DNA of 64,000 bases, taken from positions 1-64,000 of IMG/VR virus record IMGVR_UViG_3300044797_000101; one strand, 5' to 3'. Every line of letters begins with the position of its first letter. Position 1 is the stretch's first letter. Below the pieces are notes generated by a model. That model did not search any database, was not told where the DNA came from, and was given only the letters and a program-made list of their open reading frames with translations. The DNA comes from a virus. The position numbers and the translations under genes were made by a program. This document shows, in pieces, positions 56,440 to 64,000 of this stretch.

Positions 56440-58786
56440 TCATTCTATCCCCTTAAACCAGAATGCGTCAATCCAATCTGGTGTCATATCTGTCTTAATC
56501 CATTGTCCTGATGAACCCTCTTCGAATACTCTCTTGATCTCTGTCACTGTCATTGTTTGAGTAACCATGAAAGCATACAGTATCATCTGATCAGCTATTT
56601 GCTCATCAAATGGATTATCCTTAAGTTTTACCTTGTCGCCAATTTTAAACATATTAGTGAGTGAGCCTCGCGCCTAGAATGCCTAGGAACATTACAATAA
56701 TTATAACTAAGACCTTTACTGGATCTGGTAAATCTTTAAAGTCTTTCATACCACTTCCGATGCGTAATATTCAGGTCGACTTTCAGACGTTACTACAAAT
56801 TTCTTAATTAAACCATCGGGACATTTGATAGTGACATCCACTTCAGACCCGCCTGCGCATGTGTAATCACCTTCTGCATCCCATTCTTCTACAGCTTTTT
56901 GGGCTGCATCCTCAGCGTCATGAGCATTGATTTTCATGGCATCCTCTTCAAAATCATCACCATGATAATCCTTAATCAAGACTAAATAAATTGGAGGGCA
57001 TTTATGATGTTCAGGGAATGACATGTAAGCGTGGCATGTATTACAGAATGATGAACTCATTTGAACCACGCTGTCCAATACATGAACAACCCTGTTTCAG
57101 GATCAGTCATTTCATGTAGTGTTGCCAACGCAATCTTGTTATCAACTGGATGAGTAGCACCAGTGTTCTTATCAACTGCAACCAATTTCTTGTTAGCTTT
57201 CAATGCTTTGGCTTGACGATCAGTCAATGACATTGAACCACGTTGAAAGTAGAATGAATTCTTGATATTGATCTTCATTTCAATTCTCCTAATAATTTAT
57301 TAACCTTCGCTTCAAGTTTGTCCAGCTTCTTCGTGTGATCTTCTGAGTAATAATCAATCTTATTGGTCAGACTTCTATACTTCCCCCCGAAGCCAAATAA
57401 CCCTTGGAATCTAAATTCCCAACATAGGTTCTGATCTTCATCATCCGTATGAACAAAGACAAAGTTGTTACGTAATGATTCAGGAGCACCAGCGTGAGTC
57501 ACTAAGATATCATATACCATATTTGCTGTAATAAGTGAAAGTCTTTTTCCTCTCATTTGAGCACCACAACAGCCATGTATTTACAATCGGTGCAAATCTT
57601 CTTTTGGCGAGATTCGATCTCTGAATATATCGGATCACCGCCATAGGTATGTGTTACATTCATATAGTAAACATCTCCGACATCCTTAAAGACATGCCAA
57701 CCTTCAAAGCGCTCTTCTTTTCCACAGGTTTTACAGGTATGATAACGATAGCAAGGACGATGCTTCATCTCTTCAATCTTACGAGTATTCCAGTTGTGGA
57801 AACCTAATATACAGAACAATTTCATTATTCTATCCCCACAAATTCATTGTTATCTACTTCAACCTCGGTAAGATCTTCTTCGTTCTTAACGCCTGCTTCT
57901 TTAGCTTTCTCAACGGAGGAGAAGATCTTTACAGATGGATATGGAAAAGGACCACCGCAACACTCTGGATCACTGCAGCTATTATCATCATCCATATAGC
58001 AGACGTATACCTTCATTGTTTTTCCTCGGCTGGAGCGAATCCGATATTCAGGCCATCATCACCATCACGAGTAACTGTAAGCTCACCTTCTGTATACGAT
58101 TTGATCAAGGCTAACACATGGGAATAATCGGCATACACAATGCCATTGATCTTTGTTTTAGCCATACCAAACAAAGCGATTTGAATCTGATCGAACTCTC
58201 TCGGTGTTAGCATTTTACCATCCCCACTTTTTAGTAGTGTCATAAAAAGCTTGTTCAGGATCAATAGGCTCAATCGTATCTTGATCTACTTCTCCAGTAG
58301 CATCACAGCGATCACAAGGCAATGTCGCTGGATGACCTAATGCACTATGTCCAAAAATACCCTTGTGTCCATCACAACGAGGACATTTCACAAAGATCTT
58401 TCGTTTACGTAGGATAGAATCATTCATCGTAATGCCTCCAATAGATTTACGAGATAATGCCGTTTAAGTTTAAGATTGACTGCAGTCAAAAGCTCTTTGA
58501 CATACTTGTTCTTTAAATCCTTCTTGACAAGTTTAAGCGCCTTGGTTAATGATAATGCTGTATCAGTAAAGAATACCACGCGATCACCAATCCCACCACG
58601 ACGATCAGGTACCCAACTAAAATTATAGGAATCAATACGACCTGGAACACAGTATCGACTTATTGAAGCTCCATGATCTGTTATATGGATGGATAGATAT
58701 TGATGACCCCATTTTGTTCTAGCTACAAGGGTATTGTCAGAGTATAGCGTTTTATCTTCGTGATTGTAATCGATAGTTAAGCTCAT
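56440..58786 (-). other. Run of small hypothetical early genes (56440-56652, 56746-57078, 57057-57278, 57275-57556, 57553-57825, 57825-58016, 58013-58273, 58215-58427, 58424-58786)
   Basis: Overlapping start/stop codons; includes a KOW-like (FKIGDKV), an LFC.LGFH.W and a DnaJ-type CxxCxG protein. Confidence 0.55.
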
Positions 58787-59462
58787 AAGAAGTTCTCCAA
58801 TATAGTACCGAGGACAAAGAACAGACCAAGTGTTTCAAAGCCTACATTTGTACCATAGACAATGCCAACAGCTAATGACAAGTCCACTGTTCCTGATGGA
58901 CATGTGATAGTAAACTTATGTTCTTTTTTCATAATCCTAACCTATCACATAATTGCAAGATATAATAAGCCTCAATGAATAAGAAGCATACAAAGCTCGC
59001 AAGCTTCTCAAAGATATTAACCTTTTGTGAGCTAACAATCAAAGCTTCAGCATATAAGAAGAAGCACATCGCTGCCACAACGAATAAGGTTAGCATTAAC
59101 GTTTGACCTCTCTAAGAAATTGTAGATGCGCCTCATCGTACTTCATCATACCTTTTGGATATGGGAACTTAATGAACACACGAGTCTTAAGGATGTTATC
59201 CACGACTCCGACACCCCAATCAGGGTACCAAGTGTCTTCGACTTTCGTTCCAAAATCTAGCTCTTCAATGTTCATTGGTTAATGTGAACCGTATCAATGC
59301 TATTGATATTAATATAATAGTTTGAGCCTGCATCAGCAAACACCAAGATCGAATTAGGAACATCAATGCTGATGATGGTTCCAGTAAACAGTCTACCGTG
59401 AATCAATAGATCCAACGATTTACCGACTAATGTTTGTAATAGGTTAAGCATATATCCTCTTT

Positions 59463-59491
59463 ATTATAACAGGTATTTGGGGTTTTGTAAA
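59463..59491 (-). promoter_or_regulatory. Sigma70-type promoter
   Basis: TTTACA-17 bp-TATAAT with TG extension; shares ATAGGGGG upstream and CTGTTATAATAA with the 46680 promoter. Confidence 0.8.
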
Positions 59492-59500
59492 CCCCCTATT

Positions 59501-59716
59501 TTAATGTTTATTTGGAGAGACAGGTTCAACCTTTACAGTTGTCACTGTCTTTAAAGCATCAGCAAAGGCTGACTCTTCATCTGCTCCATAACCTGCTACG
59601 ATGCGACCATTGCTATGTCTTACACCAACAAACCACTTTCCCCATGATACAACTGGGGAAGCAGTGGAATGCTGGACTTCGAAACCTAGAGCAACCAATT
59701 CTTCTTTGCTTGCCAT
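59501..59716 (-). CDS. Hypothetical protein
   Basis: AAGGAG RBS. Confidence 0.6.
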   Translation of the reverse strand: MASKEELVALGFEVQHSTASPVVSWGKWFVGVRHSNGRIVAGYGADEESAFADALKTVTTVKVEPVSPNKH

Positions 59717-59725
59717 AATATCTCC

Positions 59726-60232
59726 TTACTGCGCTGCGTATTCGCCTGCAGCTCGTAATTTAAAAGGACTCACAATAACGCGTGGCTCAACATAGAGAGG
59801 AGCGATATTGCCTTTCTGAGTAGGATCGATGCATGTAACCCATGTTCCCTCAGCATTAGCTGGCATAAACAATCCGTTTGGTTCTGCTTGTGGGATTGTA
59901 ACGTTCGTTCCCCAATTAGCTTCTTTCATTGGGTTAGAGAATTGCGTTGCGTAAGGAACTCCATACCCAATGCTATCGCACAAGTGCCAAAGCTTTCCAT
60001 TCATGTCAGGGATATATGAGTAGGTAGCAATGTTCTGATCACGAAGCTCATACAGCTTACGGACAAGCTTAAGCTCAGTGTAGTTGGTGATACCAGGCAA
60101 TCCTACTTGAGCGACCGCTTGCTGCTGCATTCCTTCTTGCTGCTGTTGAACCTTCTGATCAGCTGATTGATCACAACCAGTGACAATAATAACTCCAACC
60201 AATCCCATCATCATTAATAGTATACGATTCAT
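59726..60232 (-). CDS. Lipoprotein, conserved phage hypothetical
   Basis: VTGC lipobox; SIGYGVPYATQFSNP..PQAEPNGLF..GTW..YVEP. Confidence 0.75.
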   Translation of the reverse strand: MNRILLMMMGLVGVIIVTGCDQSADQKVQQQQEGMQQQAVAQVGLPGITNYTELKLVRKLYELRDQNIATYSYIPDMNGKLWHLCDSIGYGVPYATQFSNPMKEANWGTNVTIPQAEPNGLFMPANAEGTWVTCIDPTQKGNIAPLYVEPRVIVSPFKLRAAGEYAAQ

Positions 60233-60558
60233 TGTAAGCTCCTTATGAATACTTGAAGATCGATAGGCAATAAAGAATTATCAATCGTGGAAGCTTCAGA
60301 CAAGATCAAGGTACGAAGTGCAGCGCGTTGATTCGTATCCGATGATTCTTGATATTGAAAACGCAAGTGACAGAGGTACTCTACTTTTCCTTCAACATAA
60401 CTCTGTGTATGTTCAAACACGTTACGTTGTGCATTCGCATACTTGGGTGCCCAGAATTTAAAGCTATTGTAATCATAGCCTGTAAAGATAAAGCCCAGTA
60501 CAAAGATCCCAACCAATGCTACCAATCCTAACAACACTGCTTTAAGTTCATCCATCAT
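60229..60558 (-). CDS. Membrane-anchored hypothetical protein paired with the lipoprotein
   Basis: N-terminal TM; RNVFEHTQSY. Confidence 0.7.
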   Translation of the reverse strand: MMDELKAVLLGLVALVGIFVLGFIFTGYDYNSFKFWAPKYANAQRNVFEHTQSYVEGKVEYLCHLRFQYQESSDTNQRAALRTLILSEASTIDNSLLPIDLQVFIRSLQ

Positions 60559-60711
60559 AATCTCCTTATCGTTTATTATCCTAAATCCTGCATAGTTATT
60601 TTAGTAAGTGCTGCCGCCAAATATGTAGGCGATATCTGTAAGTATTCAGCTAATCGTTTAATGATCTCTTCACCTTCAAGCTTTGTTGTCCCACAAGCGT
60701 CAAATGCCATA

Positions 60712-60951
60712 TTAGAATCCTACCTGAATTCGAGTAGGTCCACCTGGTCCAAGCTCTCTTAAGATCTCTTGAATCTCCTGCTCTTCTTTTGCTTTCTTAG
60801 CAATATATGCCTTACGTTGCTTTGGAGTCATAGCCTCGAACTTAGCTTTTTCAGCTGCAGCTTTGTCCAGTAAACCATTTAGTACTTGATCAAATGTCAT
60901 AGCTGGAACAGAAATAGGAATTGCTTTATTTACTACTTTCTTTTTAGCCAT
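60712..60951 (-). CDS. Hypothetical protein
   Basis: AAGGAG RBS. Confidence 0.6.
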   Translation of the reverse strand: MAKKKVVNKAIPISVPAMTFDQVLNGLLDKAAAEKAKFEAMTPKQRKAYIAKKAKEEQEIQEILRELGPGGPTRIQVGF

Positions 60952-61189
60952 TTAAAATCTCCTTAGTAAATGTATCTAGAGTAAATCCAACGCATTGACA
61001 TTCAATACAATTAAAGTTCTCATCATTGCCATGAGATAAGTTTGAATGACCACACCAACAATTACCTGCATCATTAGTATAAGGCCAACCCGTTAAGGTA
61101 AGCAATGCTGCAGCTTCTGAAATCTCTTGGAGCGTATCTTCGTTCACGTTAGAATCCATACTTATCCTTCCCATTATAGATAGGCACAA
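60944..61189 (-). CDS. CxCGH Zn-finger protein (untagged)
   Basis: CWCGHSNLSH...CIECQCVGFTLD. Confidence 0.6.
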   Translation of the reverse strand: MCLSIMGRISMDSNVNEDTLQEISEAAALLTLTGWPYTNDAGNCWCGHSNLSHGNDENFNCIECQCVGFTLDTFTKEILNG

Positions 61190-61589
61190 ATGGAACGCCT
61201 AGGTTAGGTTTCTTATCATCTGGCAATAGCATATACTCGTGAAAGCATTTGTCACAACGACCTAAAAAGTCTAGGTCCTTCGCTTCGAATTCACCTTTAC
61301 ACATTACACAAGGTTTCATCTTAATCACAATGCTTTCTTTCTCAAGATAGCAAGCTCACACACGAGCTCTTGAATTTGCTCAGGAGTAAGCTTATTATAT
61401 TCTACCACATGTTCCGCTAATTGTTGAATAGTCATTTCTTGCCTCGTTTAAAGACCAAGAGCAGTCCAGGTTGTCTTACCATTCCCTTCTTGCACCGTTT
61501 ACGTTTAGGCGCGTTACAAATCTTATGAGCACCATTCAAGCAATTATAGCATTGCGTTCCATTATAATTAGTACACAAGCAAGGATGAA

Positions 61590-62120
61590 TCATTGTAGTT
61601 CCTTAACTCCTGATAGATCCTCGTTCACATCGCCTCGACCAATGTTTCTATTCCAAATCAAGTACGTAAGCATGTCAGCAATTTGAGCCTCTGCTTCTTC
61701 TTCAGTTTTAGTAGACCATACTTGAGGTTCGCCATCCTTCATCTTATCCCCTCGAGCGTAGCTTAAAACCTCATTATCTTGTGTAATCTCATATCTATTA
61801 TTAGCCCATTCTAACCAAACATTGAGCTCTTCTAAAGAAATTCCGAGTTTATTTTCAGTATATTGTAAGCAACCTTGTAGACGTTCCTCAATGCTTTTGC
61901 GTTGCGCTGTTGTCCAGGGTTTAACAATACGTGAAGGTGAAGCAAACGTCCATTCACGTTTGAACTCAGCTTCCCATTGTTTCGTAAACGCTTCAATGTG
62001 CGCAGCACGAATAGCTGCTGTTGCTTCTTGTCGAGGTTTAAGCTCCACACCGCTATAAACATAGACCTTTGCCTCTTGATACAGGTTGCGTTCTAATGGG
62101 GTTGCAAATTCCGTTACCAT
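61590..62120 (-). CDS. Hypothetical protein
   Basis: 176 aa ORF coupled to its upstream neighbour. Confidence 0.6.
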   Translation of the reverse strand: MVTEFATPLERNLYQEAKVYVYSGVELKPRQEATAAIRAAHIEAFTKQWEAEFKREWTFASPSRIVKPWTTAQRKSIEERLQGCLQYTENKLGISLEELNVWLEWANNRYEITQDNEVLSYARGDKMKDGEPQVWSTKTEEEAEAQIADMLTYLIWNRNIGRGDVNEDLSGVKELQ

Positions 62121-62389
62121 GACTCCACCAAATCCTTTGCTTCCTTCAATCCCAAACCAGTCCTCTCACGAACTGATCTGATTGTTGGAATGAATTGCTG
62201 ACTGCTACGTCCACCTGCTTGCTTAAAGTATTCTCTTAGATCATGCAAAGGATCGTCAACCTTCTCGCCAAGCTTCACATGCTCTTCATTCAGCATACCA
62301 AGTAGAATATCACGATTGCGTTTACTAATCAACCTGAATTCTCTTAATGCAACCTGCATACTCTCAAGATCTTTTAATGAATCAGCCAT
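62114..62389 (-). CDS. Ribosomal protein L7/L12 C-terminal-like domain protein
   Basis: IPTIRSVRERTGLGLKEAKDLVE matches the bL12 CTD signature. Confidence 0.8.
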   Translation of the reverse strand: MADSLKDLESMQVALREFRLISKRNRDILLGMLNEEHVKLGEKVDDPLHDLREYFKQAGGRSSQQFIPTIRSVRERTGLGLKEAKDLVESW

Positions 62390-62624
62390 TGGATAATACC
62401 TCCTTGCGATAGAGTGAACGTAGCAACGGATCAGGAGCAGACGTCACAACCTCACGGATGAATCGACCTTGTACTGTATCTTTAAGCCGTTCCCAATTAA
62501 AGGAATCCCAAAGATAACCGGCAGCTTCATGGATGCACTCACGATTATTAGCCGACTCATTGGCTATGTTACGAACCAAATTATTAAAGTCTTGATCGTC
62601 ACGAACCATTGTTATTCTCCCCAC
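62382..62624 (-). CDS. Hypothetical protein
   Basis: ORF in operon. Confidence 0.5.
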   Translation of the reverse strand: MGRITMVRDDQDFNNLVRNIANESANNRECIHEAAGYLWDSFNWERLKDTVQGRFIREVVTSAPDPLLRSLYRKEVLSNG

Positions 62625-63097
62625 GTTTCGGTATCAGCTTCAACCTTATCAGCAGTCTTTTCAGCCATATTAACAATCACACATTTATCTTCTGTGCCAT
62701 CCCATTCAAAGGAAAGTCCAACCTTAGCAAGCGTTCCAGCGAGAAGCTTACCTACATCTAATGTTGAGACGGGTTTTTTATCAGGGTATTTATTGGTGGA
62801 AGCATCAGCGAAAGAGATATAGAGTTTACCGGAGGGAAGACGACCGCGATGATCTGTAACAAGATCTTCAGCGCTTTGACGATTGTAGAAAACATAACCT
62901 GTTACTGGTTTATTCTTATCATGCAATCCTTCAATATGAGTACCAATCTCATATGATCCACAAGAACCACAGCACCCAAAACTCTGTCTCGCAATGAGTT
63001 TAGCTTCACGGAGGAGTTTGAAAACCTTATTAAGCTTTACTTTGTTCTCAGCGATCGTGTCTTCAAATCTGTCAATCTCTTGATATGTAGGTCGCAT
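62612..63097 (-). CDS. Conserved hypothetical protein (DUF6891-like)
   Basis: IARQSFGCCGSCG.YEI...GYVFY..Q...GLSFEWDG. Confidence 0.6.
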   Translation of the reverse strand: MRPTYQEIDRFEDTIAENKVKLNKVFKLLREAKLIARQSFGCCGSCGSYEIGTHIEGLHDKNKPVTGYVFYNRQSAEDLVTDHRGRLPSGKLYISFADASTNKYPDKKPVSTLDVGKLLAGTLAKVGLSFEWDGTEDKCVIVNMAEKTADKVEADTETWGE

Positions 63098-63206
63098 TAG
63101 ATTCTCCCTTATGCTGTGATTTAATAGCTTCTAATAAAATCTCAAGCATACCACTGCTTTCGTAAAGCTGTTCCATGTCAGACTTAAGAAGCGTTTTCAT
63201 ATCCTA

Positions 63207-63235
63207 ATTATAACAGAAGTAAGTAAGAATGTACA
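63207..63235 (-). promoter_or_regulatory. Sigma70-type promoter
   Basis: TGTACA-17 bp-TATAAT with TG extension; ATG 6 nt downstream. Confidence 0.7.
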
Positions 63236-63254
63236 TAGGCCCTTTGAACTATAT

Positions 63255-63464
63255 TTAATGGTGTGGATGAGGATGAACCTCTTCCTCCATTTTGACATCG
63301 TGCAAGCCATGAACTCCAGAACAGAAGAATGCACATCCAGATAGGTGCATAATTCCACCTAAAAGTGTAGCCTCTCCAACGTGGAAGCTTAGGAAGAATA
63401 GAGCAGCTCCAATAAGCATCCAGATGAAATTAGGGAGATTGCTTCTAACAATCCTTTTGACCAT
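63255..63464 (-). CDS. Small two-TM membrane protein
   Basis: Two hydrophobic segments; GGAG RBS. Confidence 0.55.
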   Translation of the reverse strand: MVKRIVRSNLPNFIWMLIGAALFFLSFHVGEATLLGGIMHLSGCAFFCSGVHGLHDVKMEEEVHPHPHH

Positions 63465-63612
63465 TAGGCTTGTCTCCCGAATACTGCCTGAAGTTCATCC
63501 CGCTTCATTTTAACTGGGCTTTCGATCGTTTGGGTAGTAGTTGTCACCTTAGGCAAATTAAGTGCCTTAAAGTGAAATACAGCCAAATGAGACATTAAGG
63601 ACAAGGTAAGTA

Positions 63613-63798
63613 TCATAGGATCTCCTTAGTTGTCACAAGCTTTACCAATTCTGTATCAAGCTTGTCGTTGATCTCTGCGCTGAATCTCTCATCACGTTCG
63701 TCTGATGATCCACTATCGAATATGTCTGACAAGTGATCAGTCAACCAATCCGCTTGCTGCTTTGTCAATGTGATCTTAACCAATCCACTGTTTGACAT
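63613..63798 (-). CDS. Hypothetical protein
   Basis: GGAGG RBS. Confidence 0.55.
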   Translation of the reverse strand: MSNSGLVKITLTKQQADWLTDHLSDIFDSGSSDERDERFSAEINDKLDTELVKLVTTKEIL

Positions 63799-63998
63799 TA
63801 TAATCCCTCCGAAGGAAACGTACCTTGAACAAGCTCAGCAACCTCTTTTGCAAGGTTCTTTTGGTTGTCAAGAAATTTAGCTAAGTCAGCGCTATTCGTG
63901 TATCCATAGCCTTTGCTAGAACCATCAGCTGACCATCGTGTCCATTTGGAACGGATGATCGCTTCAATCTGTCGATCATCATATCCACGTTTGCGAAG
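63798..63998 (-). CDS. Partial hypothetical protein (5' end beyond window)
   Basis: Open frame LRKRGYDDRQIEAIIRSKWTRWSAD...SEGL*. Confidence 0.55.
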   Translation of the reverse strand, partial: LRKRGYDDRQIEAIIRSKWTRWSADGSSKGYGYTNSADLAKFLDNQKNLAKEVAELVQGTFPSEGL

Positions 63999-64000
63999 CA

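Noticed and set aside
339-62822. All + strand ORFs in the track (e.g. 30566-31273, 22241-22756, 8627-9067)
   Set aside because: They are antisense shadows of minus-strand genes, have Ser/Phe/Leu-rich composition and show no family motifs.
1-64000. Stop-codon reassignment to explain the many short genes
   Set aside because: Long conserved genes are intact in the standard code, TAA, TAG and TGA all terminate genes, and adjacent short genes are in different frames with their own RBS.

Overview
This is a 64 kb segment of a large, low-GC, tailed dsDNA phage genome. Essentially all real genes lie on the minus strand, in the standard genetic code, with AGGAG-type ribosome-binding sites and sigma70-like early promoters. 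In transcription order (right to left) the window has three parts. (1) About 64-53 kb: small early or accessory genes, including an L7/L12-like protein, a HAD RNA-repair phosphatase and a lipoprotein pair. (2) About 53-33 kb: metabolic and host-takeover genes (NDT-like, DnaC-like ATPase, Thg1, dCMP deaminase, RNA ligase, two ClpP, KTSC, RNase H, ThyX-like, peptide deformylase) interleaved with many tiny Cys/His genes. (3) About 33-0 kb: a head-morphogenesis region with seven large modular proteins, terminase large subunit, portal, a MuF-like protein and a prohead protease/scaffold that runs off the left edge, plus HNH homing endonucleases. Two patterns stand out. First, about 30 small, otherwise unrelated proteins carry the same near-C-terminal peptide tag (D-N-L-[KE]-[YFW]-L-E), whose codons often double as the next gene's Shine-Dalgarno. 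Second, the giant late proteins are strings of effector domains (nucleotidyltransferase, HAD, ADP-ribosyltransferase-like, Acb1-like 2H phosphoesterase, Zn ribbons) separated by a recurrent K-x-A motif, which suggests virion-packaged polyproteins cut by the prohead protease. All calls come from motif recognition by eye; no database search was run.
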